DNA from: an uncultured Chloroflexia bacterium
GTDB lineage: Bacteria > Chloroflexota > Limnocylindria > Limnocylindrales > CSP1-4
Assembly: GCA_963748625.1 (NCBI GenBank)
Contig: CAVVJT010000004.1
Coordinates: 352,001 to 416,000 of the forward strand
Reading direction: 5' to 3'
Length of the DNA stretch: 64,000 nucleotides
How positions within the stretch are numbered: position 1 is the first letter of the stretch; each line of letters begins with the position of its first letter. The position numbers were made by a program, and so were the translations under genes. Under the pieces are notes generated by a model. It was not told the origin of the DNA and did no database searches. It saw only the letters and a list, made by a program, of their open reading frames with translations. Positions 37,833-48,132 of this stretch are shown piece after piece.

Positions 37833-39843
37833 GCAACCTGCGCCTGCACCGCGGACGTGCGGCCCGGCGGCCCGATGGCACCCCGTTCATTCCGGCCGAT
37901 CCGGCCACCCTCGGCTTCCCGCTCGATCCCGCGCTGGCCGAGCTGCGGGCCGGCCTGACCGTCCACCGGCGCAGGCTGTGGCTGAGGCGAGCCGTGCGTC
38001 GCGCGTGGTACGTGCTGGCGGTGGTCGTGGTGGCCGAGCTCGTCCTGGCGATCGCCCAGCGGCTGCTGCCGCTCGAGGCCGCCCCGCTGGTGGCGCTCGC
38101 GATTCCAGTCATCGGCCTGCTCGCGCTGCTGGTGCTCGTGGTCAGGTCCCGGCCGTCCCTGGGTGAGACCGCGCTAGCGGTGGATGCCGAAGGTGGCTCG
38201 GGCGACGCCGTCGCGTCAGCCCTTGCCTTCGCTGCCCAGATGCCGGGAGCCGCAGGGCCCGTGACGGACCCCGATGACGAGACGATCGCCGTGGATGGCG
38301 CCTTCGATGTGGCCGAGGCCGAGGCACGCTTCGTCAGGCGCCAGCGGCGCGACGCCGTGGGCCGCCTGCGGGTGATGGACAGTCGCCTCTTCCGGCCCAG
38401 GCTCGCCCGACGGCCCGCCATCGTCGCCCTCCTCGCTGGGCTGCTCGTGGCCCCAGCGCTCCTCATGCCCAACCCGATGGACCTCGTCATCCAGCGCAAC
38501 CAGCAGGTACGCGAGGAGGCCGCACGCCAGGCCGACCGCATCAACGAGATCGCCAAGAGCCTGGAGGGCAAGGGCGCGGACGTCACCGATCCACGCAACC
38601 AGCTCGCCGAGGAGCTCCGCCAGCTTGCCGAGCGCCTGCGCACGAACCCGGGCGATCTCGAGCAGAACCTCGCCCAGCTGGGCGCCGTCGAGGACGACGT
38701 GCGCTCGCGGCTGGACCCCGCCAACGAGCAGAAGGCGGCCTCGATCGCTGCGCTGTCGCGAGCCCTCTCGCGGACCGCGACCGGCGATCCCAAGGCGAAC
38801 GCCGGCGGGGATCCGAAGGAGACCAAGGAGGACCTGGCCGGCCTGGGCGACAAGGTCGAGGAGATGACGCAGGCGGAGCGCGACAAGCTCGCCAGGGAGC
38901 TGGCGGAGCTCCAGGGCCAGGCAAGCCAGGCCGATGGCGCCGCGGGCCAGGCCTTGCGGGACGCGGTCGCGAGCCTGTCGCAGGGCGACAGCGCCGGTGC
39001 CAAGGAGGCGCTCGACCGGCTCGGTGAGGCGCTGGCGGGCGCGAACGACCGGGTGCAGGTGAACCGCGACCTGGCGACGGCGGCCTCGGGCCTGCAGGAT
39101 GCCCGCCGCGAGCTTGCGAACGCCGGCCAGGCGGGCCAGCCCGGGCAGGCCGGGCCAGCAGGGCCGGCCAGCAGGGCAACGGCCAGCAGGGCAACGGCCA
39201 GCAGGCGTCGCCCAACCCGAGCGCATCGGCCGGCAGTGGTCAGGGGCAGGGCGGGAGCCCGAACCCGAGCGCTTCAGCCGGCAGCGGTCAGGGGCAGGGG
39301 CAGGGGCAGGGGCAGGGCCAGGGGCAGGGGCAGGGCCAGGGGCAGGGGCAGGGCCAGGGGCAGGGCCAGGGGCAGGGGCAGGGGCAGGGCCAGGGCCAGG
39401 GGCAGGGCCAGGGCCAGGGGCAGGGCCAGGGCCAGGGGCAGGGCCAGGGCCAGGGGCAGGGGCAGGGCAGCGGCTCGCTGGGCGGGGGCGGCTCGAATGC
39501 CTCCCATCTCGGGACCGGCATGTCCAACGGCATGCCCGGGGGACCGGTCAACCCGAACCGCCCGAGCGTCCTCGGCGAGGACCTCGGCTCCGTCTTCGCG
39601 CCATTCGACCGCATCGGCAGGCCGGGCGACCCCTCGTACATCGCGGGCACCGGCGGCGACGGCCAGACCCAGCAGGGCAACCAGCCGGGCCAGGGGAGCA
39701 ACAACGGCTCCTACGTCCCGTACCAGTCCGTCTACTCGGACTTCTACCAGTACGCGCTCACGACCCTCGACCGGGCCTACGTTCCGATCTCCGTCAAGGA
39801 CTACGTGCGCGACTACTTCAGCTCGCTCAATCCCAGCAACTAG
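37829..39843 (+). CDS. Membrane-anchored coiled-coil protein with (QG)30 tract (frameshift near 39155)
   Basis: 2-3 N-terminal TMs, long coiled coil; after the shift the frame reads GQQGN, SPNPSASAGSG, (QG)n and ends ...VPISVKDYVRDYFSSLNPSN*. Confidence 0.75.
39289..39468 (+). repeat. Hexamer microsatellite (CAGGG[G/C]) x30 encoding QG repeats
   Basis: 180 bp of uninterrupted CAGGGS units. Confidence 0.92.
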
Positions 39844-39884
39844 ACGTGCCGCCGGCCGCGGCCGGACCGCTACCCGGAGGACCC

Positions 39885-40916
39885 ATGGACGCACCCGTCA
39901 CCGCGCCGTCGGGCGCCGCCCCCGCCGAGGGTCACCGCCTGGCGCCCGAGGCCTTCGCGCAGCGCGCCCAGGCCATCGAGGCCGAGATCGGCAAGGTCAT
40001 CGTCGGCCAGCGCGAGCTCGTCCGCCACACCCTCGTGGGCCTGCTGGCCAACAGCCACGTGCTCCTCGAGGGCGTGCCGGGCCTGGGCAAGACGATGCTC
40101 GTGCGCACGATCGCGGACGTCATCGACTGCACGTTCAACCGCGTCCAGTTCACGCCGGACCTGATGCCGGCCGACATCACCGGCACCAACATCCTCGTCG
40201 AGGAGGGCGGCACGCGCGTCTTCCGCTTCCAGCCTGGCCCGATCTTCGCGAACCTGGTCCTGGCCGACGAGATCAACCGCGCCACGCCGAAGACCCAGTC
40301 GTCCCTGCTCGAGGCGATGCAGGAGCACCAGGTCACCGTCGCGCGCAACCGCTACCCGCTCGCTCCCCCGTTCTTCGTCCTGGCGACCCAGAACCCGCTC
40401 GAGATGGAGGGAACCTACCCGCTCCCCGAGGCCCAGCTGGACCGGTTCCTGCTCAAGGCCATGGTCCCCTTCCCGTCCGAGCAGGACCTGATCGGCATCA
40501 TCGAGCGCACGACGGGCGCCGATGCCCCCCAGGCACAATCGGTCACGACCGCCGCCGAGATCGTCGAGATGCAGCGCCTTGCGCGCGCCGTGCCGATCGC
40601 CCCGCACATCACGGCCTACGCGGTCGCCGTGCTGGCAGCCACCCATCCCGACTCCGGCCGCGCCACCTCGCTCGTCCGCCAGTACGTCCGCTACGGCGGC
40701 TCGCCGCGCGGCGCGCAGGCCCTGGTCACCGCGGGCAAGATCCTGGCGCTGATGGATGGGCGCTTCAACGTCTCCGTTGACGACATCCGTGCCATCGCCC
40801 TGCCCGCCCTGCGCCACCGCGTGATCCTCAACTTCGAGGGCGAGGCCGAAGGCATCAGCTCCGAGGCGGTCGTGCGCAGCATCCTCGACGAGGTGTCGCC
40901 GCCCTCCGTGGAGTAG
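39885..40916 (+). CDS. moxR: MoxR family AAA+ ATPase
   Basis: HVLLEGVPGLGKT, RVQFTPDLMPADITG, LADEINRATPKTQSSLLEAMQE, ATQNPLEMEGTYPLPEAQLDRF. Confidence 0.95.
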   Translation: MDAPVTAPSGAAPAEGHRLAPEAFAQRAQAIEAEIGKVIVGQRELVRHTLVGLLANSHVLLEGVPGLGKTMLVRTIADVIDCTFNRVQFTPDLMPADITGTNILVEEGGTRVFRFQPGPIFANLVLADEINRATPKTQSSLLEAMQEHQVTVARNRYPLAPPFFVLATQNPLEMEGTYPLPEAQLDRFLLKAMVPFPSEQDLIGIIERTTGADAPQAQSVTTAAEIVEMQRLARAVPIAPHITAYAVAVLAATHPDSGRATSLVRQYVRYGGSPRGAQALVTAGKILALMDGRFNVSVDDIRAIALPALRHRVILNFEGEAEGISSEAVVRSILDEVSPPSVE

Positions 40917-40931
40917 GCGGCGCTCGCGACC

Positions 40932-41954
40932 ATGGCCCTCTCCCCCACCCCGCCCCAGGATCCCGGGTCCGGCCCGGCGACGGAGCGCGCACCGGCTCCG
41001 GAGCGCGCCGCTGAGCACGCCCCCGACGCTTCGCCGAAGCCCGCCGGCGTCAAGGCGTTCCTGCCGAGCGATCTTGACCCCACCGTGTTCGACGAGGGGT
41101 TCCTGCGGCAGCTGGAGCGGCTCAGCGTGCTCATGAAGCAGCCGGTCCGCGGCGGCCTCAAGGGCGGCCGGCGGTCGGTGAAGCGCGGCCAGTCCGTGGA
41201 GTTCGCGGACTTCCGTGACTACACCCTGGGTGACGACCTGCGCCAGCTTGACTGGAACGTGCTCGCCCGCCTCGAGAAGCTGTTCGTCAAGCTCTACGTC
41301 GAGGAGGAGGACGTCACGATCACGTTCCTCATCGACGCGAGTCCATCCATGGCGTTCGGGCGGCCCGAGAAGCTCCTGTTCGCGAAACGGGCGGCGGCGG
41401 CGCTCGGCTACATCGCCTTGTCGGGTGAGGACCGGGTCGTGACGGCGGCCCTCACCGGGCGGCAGGCACGCCGGCACTCGGGCCTGCGCGGCTCCGGCCG
41501 CGTGTTCCGGCTTCTGGGCAACCTGTCGGGGATCGCTCCGTCAGAGGGGCCCACGGACCTCGTGCTCGCCGCCCGCCATGCCGCGGCCATGCTCTCCGGG
41601 CGTGGCGTGATCGTCCTGATCTCCGACCTCCTGGACCCGGGAGCCGACCGCGTGATCCGCGAGCTCGCCGCCCAGGGCTCCGACCTCATCGTGCTGCACG
41701 TCCTGTCTCCCGACGAGTTGGACCCGCAGCTCGAGGGCGACCTGCGCCTGGTCGACGCCGAGTCCGGCGAGGGCATCGACGTCACCGTGGACCTGGCCGC
41801 GCTCGACGCCTACAAGGCACGCCTGACCGCCTGGCAGGAGAGCCTGGCGGATCTCGCCACGAAACGCCGCGCCTCCTACGTGGCCCTGTCCTCCGCGACC
41901 CCGCTGGCCGACCTGGTGTTCGCCGAGCTGCGCCGCCGCCAGGTGGTGGGCTAG
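40932..41954 (+). CDS. DUF58 domain protein
   Basis: GQSVEFADFRDYTLGDDLRQLDWNVLAR, DASPSM, LISDLLD. Confidence 0.92.
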   Translation: MALSPTPPQDPGSGPATERAPAPERAAEHAPDASPKPAGVKAFLPSDLDPTVFDEGFLRQLERLSVLMKQPVRGGLKGGRRSVKRGQSVEFADFRDYTLGDDLRQLDWNVLARLEKLFVKLYVEEEDVTITFLIDASPSMAFGRPEKLLFAKRAAAALGYIALSGEDRVVTAALTGRQARRHSGLRGSGRVFRLLGNLSGIAPSEGPTDLVLAARHAAAMLSGRGVIVLISDLLDPGADRVIRELAAQGSDLIVLHVLSPDELDPQLEGDLRLVDAESGEGIDVTVDLAALDAYKARLTAWQESLADLATKRRASYVALSSATPLADLVFAELRRRQVVG

Positions 41955-41956
41955 TC

Positions 41957-44059
41957 ATGGGCCTCCTCGCGCCGCTGGCGATCGCCGGGCTGCTCTTCGT
42001 GCCCGCCGTCATCGCCATGTACCTGCTCAAGCTCCGGCGTGACGAGGCCCTGGTCCCCTCGACCCTGCTGTGGCAGAAGCTGGTCGCGGACGTCGAGGCG
42101 AACGCCCCGTGGCAGAAGCTCCGCCGCAGCCTGCTCCTGCTCCTCCAGCTGCTGCTCGTGATCATCCTCGTGCTGCTGGCGGCCCGGCCGTTCGTGGAGC
42201 GGCCCGCGGGGCTCGCAGGTGACCTCGTGCTGGTGATCGACACGTCAGCCTCCATGCAGGCGACCGATGTCGTGCCCAACCGGCTCGAGGCGGCCAAGAA
42301 GTCGGCGATCGACTCGCTCAAGGACCTCCCGGCGGGCGGCAAGGTGAGCGTCATCGCGGCCGGGCGGACGGCGCGGGTCATCGCCAACGGCACGGACAAC
42401 CTCGGCAACGTGAAGCAGGCGATCGCGGGCATCGCGCCCACCAGCGACATCGGCGACCTGGGTGACGCGCTCCGGCTCGCGTCGGCGCTGGCGGCCCGCT
42501 CCGGCGACGCGGAGATCCTCGTGGCCACCGATGCGGCGCTGGCGAACCCGCCGACGGGCGCGCTCGAGGCGCCGGTCCGCGTCCTCCAGGTGGGCCGTGA
42601 GACGAAGAACGAGGCGATCGTCGCGCTGGCGGTGCGCACCTCGCCCAGCGGACTCTCGCACTCCGCGTTCATCTCGGTGGCCAACACGGGCATGGAGATG
42701 GCCAGCCGGCGTGTCGAGCTGTACGCCGACGGCGTGCTGAGGGATTCCCGCAAGCTTGACCTCGACCCGCAGCGCAAGACCGACATCTCGATCGACGACA
42801 TCGACGACCCCGACCACCCGGCGTCCGTCATCGAGGTGCGGCTCGTGGCCAACGGCCAGCCCGAGGGCGACGGAGCGGGCGCTCCGGACGCGCTCGCCGT
42901 GGACGACCGGGCCTGGGCCGTCGTGCCGCCCGCCGGGCTGCGCACCGTGCTGCTGGTGGGTGAAGGTGATCCGTATCTCGAGACCGCGCTCTCCTACCTG
43001 CCCGACACGGAGCTCTATGGCGTCGCGCCGGATGACTACGGCCCGGGCACGAAGGTGGAGCTGTTCGACCTCGTGATCTTCGAGGGCTGGCTGCCCGACG
43101 AGCTGCCCGCCAAGCCGATCCTGGCCATCGCGCCACCCGAGTCATCGGCGCTGGGCACGGTCACAGGCACGCTCACGAACCCGGGGATCGGCACGCTCGA
43201 CGCCACCAACCCCATCCTGCGCTACGTGGACCTGACCACCACCCACATCGCCGAGGCGCAGCGCATGGAGCTGCCGGCCTGGGCGCAGCCGGTGATCCCG
43301 GGACCGGGCACCTCGCCCCTGCTGTACGCGGGCACGCTCGACGGGCGCCCGGCGGCTGTCCTCACGTTCGAGCCGCGTCGCTCGGACCTACCCCTCCAGG
43401 TCGCCTTCCCGGTCCTCCTCGCCAACCTCGCGGGCCAGCTCCTCGGCGGGTCGGAGACCCCGGCCGACGCCATCGCCCCCGGGACGCCGGTCACGCTCGC
43501 CATCCCCGACGGGGCGACGGGCGTGCGCGTGGAGCGGCCCGACGGCTCGGTGGACGAGCTGGTCGCTCCGGCCGGCGGCGCAGGCGCCGTCACCTTCGCC
43601 CGAACCGACCTGCTGGGCGTCTACACCGTGACCCCGGTGAAGGACGCTGCCGCGGCAACCCCATCGGCCTCAGCGCCCTCCGGGGCCGGCGCCAGCCCCG
43701 ACGATGCCGCCGCATCGGCCGCCCCCGCATTCCGTCCGGCCGACCCGGATGCCCCCGTGCGCTTCGCGGTGGACATGCTCGACGTGGACGAGTCCCGGAT
43801 CGCACCCGGCGATGCGGCCGCCCTGACGGCGATGGGCACGACTGCAGGACCCGGCGCCTCGGCCCAGCCCGGTAGCGCGTCGGGCGAACCCGCTGCTAGG
43901 CCCAATGCACGCGACGAGCTGTGGATCCCGGTGGTCCTCATCGCACTCCTGCTGCTCACGCTCGAGTGGCTCGTCTACGAGCGGGACACCCTCGCGCGCC
44001 TCCGCCGCTCCCTTGCCGCCCGCCTGGGCGGTCGGGGTGCCGTGGGGAAGGGCGCCTGA
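41957..44059 (+). CDS. BatA N-terminal + VWA domain membrane protein
   Basis: LAPLAIAGLL...YLLK...PSTLLW...LAARP (BatA), MIDAS DTSASM, C-terminal TM LLTLEWLVY. Confidence 0.88.
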   Translation: MGLLAPLAIAGLLFVPAVIAMYLLKLRRDEALVPSTLLWQKLVADVEANAPWQKLRRSLLLLLQLLLVIILVLLAARPFVERPAGLAGDLVLVIDTSASMQATDVVPNRLEAAKKSAIDSLKDLPAGGKVSVIAAGRTARVIANGTDNLGNVKQAIAGIAPTSDIGDLGDALRLASALAARSGDAEILVATDAALANPPTGALEAPVRVLQVGRETKNEAIVALAVRTSPSGLSHSAFISVANTGMEMASRRVELYADGVLRDSRKLDLDPQRKTDISIDDIDDPDHPASVIEVRLVANGQPEGDGAGAPDALAVDDRAWAVVPPAGLRTVLLVGEGDPYLETALSYLPDTELYGVAPDDYGPGTKVELFDLVIFEGWLPDELPAKPILAIAPPESSALGTVTGTLTNPGIGTLDATNPILRYVDLTTTHIAEAQRMELPAWAQPVIPGPGTSPLLYAGTLDGRPAAVLTFEPRRSDLPLQVAFPVLLANLAGQLLGGSETPADAIAPGTPVTLAIPDGATGVRVERPDGSVDELVAPAGGAGAVTFARTDLLGVYTVTPVKDAAAATPSASAPSGAGASPDDAAASAAPAFRPADPDAPVRFAVDMLDVDESRIAPGDAAALTAMGTTAGPGASAQPGSASGEPAARPNARDELWIPVVLIALLLLTLEWLVYERDTLARLRRSLAARLGGRGAVGKGA

Positions 44060-47034
44060 TGGGCATCAACTTCGAGAGCCCCATCGCGCTGCTCCTGCTG
44101 CCGCTGCTGCTGGCCGTCGTCATCAGCCTGTACCTGACCTCCCGGCGCCGGCTGGGCCTGGGACGACGACGCGCGGCGCTCGCCGTCCGGGTGCTGCTGC
44201 TCACGGCACTCGTGGGCGCGCTCGCGGGCTTCCAGCTGGTCATGCCAGTGGACCGCCTGGCGGTGGTGTACGTGGTGGACATGAGCGACTCCGTGGGCAC
44301 GGCCGGCCGTGAGGATGCCCTGGCCTACCTGCGCCAATCCCTTGCCGCGCGCGAGGATGAGGATGTGGCGGGCATCGTCGCCTTCGGCGGGGACGCCCTC
44401 GTGGAGCGGCTGCCCGCCGAGCTCACCGAGCTCGACCGCATCGCCTCCACGCCCGTCAAGGGCGCCACGGACATCGGGGCCGCGCTGCGCCTCGCCGGCG
44501 CCCTATTCCCCGACGACGCCCAGAAGCGGATCGTGCTCCTCTCGGACGGCAACGACACGACCGGTACCGGCCAGACCGAGGCCGCCCTCGCCGCGGCGCG
44601 CGGCATCGAGGTGCAGACGCGCCTCACCGGCCTGGGCAGCGGCGACGAGGTCCTGGTCGAACGGGTCACCGCTCCCTCGACGGCGCGCCTGGGCGAGACC
44701 GTCGAGGTCACCGCGGACGTCGCCTCCACCGTCGAGCAGGCAGCCACGATCCGGCTCTACGTCAACGGCGACCTGGCGGCGACCCGCGACGTGACGCTCG
44801 CGCGCGGCCCCAACCGGGTCGCGTTCGAGTTCGAGTCCAAGGAGGCGGGCTTCCTGCGCTTCCGCGTGGCCGTGGAGGCCGCGCGCGACACCTTCAACCA
44901 GAACGACCGCGCCGACGGCAACACGATCGTCAAGGGCGAGCCGCGGATCCTGGTGGTCAAGGGCGACGAGGATGTCGCACAGCAGCTGGTCGGCGCGCTG
45001 CAGACGGAGCGCCAGCAGGTGGACCAGATCATCCCCGAGGCGCTCCCGGAGGACCTCGCGGCGCTCACCGACTACGACTCGATCGTGATGGTGGACGTGC
45101 CGCGCATCCGACTCACCGACAAGGCGCTCGGCGCGCTCCAGGTGTACGTGCGCGACCTCGGGCGGGGCCTCGTTACGATCGGTGGGCCGCGGGCGTATGG
45201 GGCCGGCGGCTACACCGACACGCCCCTCGAGGAGACGCTCCCGGTCGACATGGGCGTCCGGGATCGGCAGAAGCAGCCCGACGTCGCCCTGGTCGTCGTC
45301 ATCGACAAGTCCGGGTCCATGGACGCCTGCCACTGCAACAACTTCGGCAACGGCATTGGCGGCGGGGCGGGGATCGCCGGGGTCAAGAAGGTGGACATCG
45401 GCAAGGAGGCGATCCTGCGGGCAGCCTCGGCCATGACGGCACAGGACGAGTTGGGCGTGGTCGCCTTCGACCAGGCCGCCCACTGGGTGGTGCAGACGGC
45501 GCCCCTTGGTGGCGTCGAAGACCTGGCCGGCGCGATCGGCGGGATCAGGGCCGACGGCCAGACCAACATCTACGCCGGTCTCGACCAGGCCGTCCAGTCG
45601 CTCGAGAAGGCCACGGCCACCCGTCGTCACATCATCCTGCTCACCGACGGCTGGTCCAGCAGTGGCCAGTACGAGGACATCCTGGCCACGATGAAGGCGG
45701 CCGGGATCACGCTGTCCACGGTTGGGGCCGGCGGCGGGTCCAACCCGTTCCTGGAGCAGCTTGCCAGGGACGGGGGCGGGCGCTTCTACTCGGCCAACAA
45801 CCCGGCCGCGATCCCGGACATCTTCCTCAAGGAGACCCAGCAGGTCTCGGGCCAGCAGATCGTGGAGGAGGCCTTCACGCCGATCCTGACGTCCAGCTCG
45901 CCGATCTTGCGCGGTATCGAGGTGATGCCCCAGCTGCTGGGCTACAACGGCACCACGGCCAAGCCCGCCGCGCAGACCGTGCTGGTCACGGCGCGCGACG
46001 ATCCGCTCCTCGCCCAGTGGCAGTACGGGCTGGGACGGGCGGTCGCGTGGACCTCGGACTCCACGGGGCGCTGGGCCAAGAGCTGGATCGCCTGGGACGG
46101 CTTCTCCAAGTTCTTCAGCCAGATGGTCGCGTGGACCTTCCCAGGCGAGGAGAGCGGCGGCATCGAGGCGCAGTTCGTGGATCGCGGGTCGCGGACCTAC
46201 CTGCGGGTCGAGAGCGTGAACGCCGACGGCTCCGCGCGCGATTTCTACGCCACGTCCGTGGCCCTCGTGGGCCCTGACCTCGCCACGGAGATGGTGGACC
46301 TCTCGCAGGTTGCGCCGGGCGTCTACGAGGCGCCGCTCGCAGCCCTGGACTCGGGGGCGTACGCCCTCCGCGTCACCCAGACCAAGCCGGGCGACCCGCC
46401 GCTCGGGCGCACCCTGGGCCTCGTCGCACCGACGCCCGCGGAGTACCGCCTGCTGGGCGCGAACGAGCCGCTCCTGGCCGCCATCCGCGGCGCGACCGGC
46501 GGTGACGTGGCCGACGATCCGATCGGCGTGTGGACCCACGACCTGCGCACCACGAGCTCCTACACCGACCTGTGGCCGTGGCTGCTGGTCCTCGCGCTCC
46601 TCCTGTGGCCGCTGGACATCGCCCTGCGGCGGGTGTCGCTGGGGCGGCGCGAGCTCACCGACGGCCGGCGCTGGATCGGCGACCGGATCAGCGGACGGCG
46701 GGTCGCCACGCGGTCGGCAGCGGCCGAGGGCATGCTCGCGACCCGGGGGCGCGCCGGCGGCGCCGGTGCCCGGGCGGCCGTGGTGCGCGAGGCGTCGGAA
46801 CGGGCGACCGACGAGGCGGCGCGCCGCGACGAGGCCATGGCGACGGTGGACCGTGAGGCAACGGCGATGCCGCCGGCCGCGCCGCCCGCGCCAGCGGTTC
46901 CGGGCTGGCCTTCGGCTCCATCGACCCCTTCGGCCCCTTCGGCAGCACCGCCCGCGGTTCCGGGCCAGTCGACAACAAACGGCGAGGACACGCTCGCCCG
47001 CCTTCGTGAGGCCAAGAAGCGCTCCCGCAACTGA
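44059..47034 (+). CDS. Large membrane protein with two VWA domains and a GATase-like domain
   Basis: VDMSDSV and DKSGSM MIDAS motifs, LLSDGN, LTDG, YVRDLGRGLVTIGG, WQYGLGRAVAWTSD, C-terminal TM. Confidence 0.88.
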   Translation: MGINFESPIALLLLPLLLAVVISLYLTSRRRLGLGRRRAALAVRVLLLTALVGALAGFQLVMPVDRLAVVYVVDMSDSVGTAGREDALAYLRQSLAAREDEDVAGIVAFGGDALVERLPAELTELDRIASTPVKGATDIGAALRLAGALFPDDAQKRIVLLSDGNDTTGTGQTEAALAAARGIEVQTRLTGLGSGDEVLVERVTAPSTARLGETVEVTADVASTVEQAATIRLYVNGDLAATRDVTLARGPNRVAFEFESKEAGFLRFRVAVEAARDTFNQNDRADGNTIVKGEPRILVVKGDEDVAQQLVGALQTERQQVDQIIPEALPEDLAALTDYDSIVMVDVPRIRLTDKALGALQVYVRDLGRGLVTIGGPRAYGAGGYTDTPLEETLPVDMGVRDRQKQPDVALVVVIDKSGSMDACHCNNFGNGIGGGAGIAGVKKVDIGKEAILRAASAMTAQDELGVVAFDQAAHWVVQTAPLGGVEDLAGAIGGIRADGQTNIYAGLDQAVQSLEKATATRRHIILLTDGWSSSGQYEDILATMKAAGITLSTVGAGGGSNPFLEQLARDGGGRFYSANNPAAIPDIFLKETQQVSGQQIVEEAFTPILTSSSPILRGIEVMPQLLGYNGTTAKPAAQTVLVTARDDPLLAQWQYGLGRAVAWTSDSTGRWAKSWIAWDGFSKFFSQMVAWTFPGEESGGIEAQFVDRGSRTYLRVESVNADGSARDFYATSVALVGPDLATEMVDLSQVAPGVYEAPLAALDSGAYALRVTQTKPGDPPLGRTLGLVAPTPAEYRLLGANEPLLAAIRGATGGDVADDPIGVWTHDLRTTSSYTDLWPWLLVLALLLWPLDIALRRVSLGRRELTDGRRWIGDRISGRRVATRSAAAEGMLATRGRAGGAGARAAVVREASERATDEAARRDEAMATVDREATAMPPAAPPAPAVPGWPSAPSTPSAPSAAPPAVPGQSTTNGEDTLARLREAKKRSRN

Positions 47035-47215
47035 CAACGGCACGCTCCGGAACGGGTGCAGTGGATGCGCAACCCTTTCGTGGGGTCCTAGAGCCAGTAC
47101 TCCACCGAAGTACCCCGAGCACGCACGGACCCCACCGGTACCCTCCTCCACCTCCTAGACCCACCATGACCTCCGGGCTGTCGATCCGGTGCGCGTACGC
47201 GCCGATCCTTCGGTC

Positions 47216-48052
47216 ATGGACTCCCGGACTACCCGCCGCCGCCTCGTCGCAACCCTCCTGGCCATCGCGTTCGCCGCCGAGACCGTCGGCGTCGTCGCCG
47301 CCTCGTTCCCGGGTCAGCCTGCCGTCGGACCGGTCACGGCCCAGGCCCCGACCGGCACCGTCCTCGCCGCCGACGCAACGCCCGAGTCCCTGCCCACCGC
47401 CATCGGTGCGATCGATGAGCCCGTCGTCACGCGAGTGCCGTGGGCCACGCCAGAGCCATCGGCATCGCCTGCGGCAACCCCCGCGCCGTCCGCCGTCCCG
47501 GAGCCCAAGGCCACTGCCAAGCCGAAGCCGAAGGCAACTGCGAAGCCGAAGGCAGCCCCGAAACCCAGGGTCACCCCGAAGCCCAAGGCCACCCCGAAGC
47601 CGACCGCCAGGCCCAAGCCGGCGGCGTCCCACAAGCTGACCGCGGCCGACTTCTCCGGCACCAACCACGTCTGGATCCCGGCGCTGGGCATCAGCAAGTC
47701 GGTCAAGGCGTTCCCGTGCGAACGCAGCCGTCCGCCCGACCAGTACATGTACCGCTGGGGTTGCGCTGGTGACAACAACGTCTACCTGCTCGGCCACGCC
47801 TACACCTCGATGGAACCACTCCATGACGCCTACTACAGCGGGCGCCTCAAGGTCGGCATGAAGGCCTACTACGCGGGCGCGAACGGCAAGGTGCACGTGT
47901 ACGCCGTGCGCTGGTGGAAGACCACGCTGCCCACGCCTGACGCCGAGTGGGCCTGGGCGCCGCAGGCGGTGCCGTCGATGACGCTCCAGACCTGTGTCGG
48001 CAAGAACAGCAAGTACCGCCTGATGGTCCGCCTGGTGGAAGTGGGCGGGTAG
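47216..48052 (+). CDS. Sortase family protein with N-terminal anchor and Pro/Lys/Ala-rich stalk
   Basis: WIPALGI, NVYLLGH (His), MTLQTC (Cys), YRLMVR (Arg). Confidence 0.8.
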   Translation: MDSRTTRRRLVATLLAIAFAAETVGVVAASFPGQPAVGPVTAQAPTGTVLAADATPESLPTAIGAIDEPVVTRVPWATPEPSASPAATPAPSAVPEPKATAKPKPKATAKPKAAPKPRVTPKPKATPKPTARPKPAASHKLTAADFSGTNHVWIPALGISKSVKAFPCERSRPPDQYMYRWGCAGDNNVYLLGHAYTSMEPLHDAYYSGRLKVGMKAYYAGANGKVHVYAVRWWKTTLPTPDAEWAWAPQAVPSMTLQTCVGKNSKYRLMVRLVEVGG

Positions 48053-48132
48053 CGCATCCGCGAAGGCCGAGCGAGACGCCGCGGGGACACGCCGGAGCGC
48101 CTCGAGCCGGTTCCTGCTAGCCTCCCCCGCGC

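Noticed and set aside
37829-40780. 983-aa ORF with an Arg/Gly (GRGRAR) repeat
   Set aside because: Wrong-frame reading of the QG microsatellite after a frameshift; it overlaps MoxR
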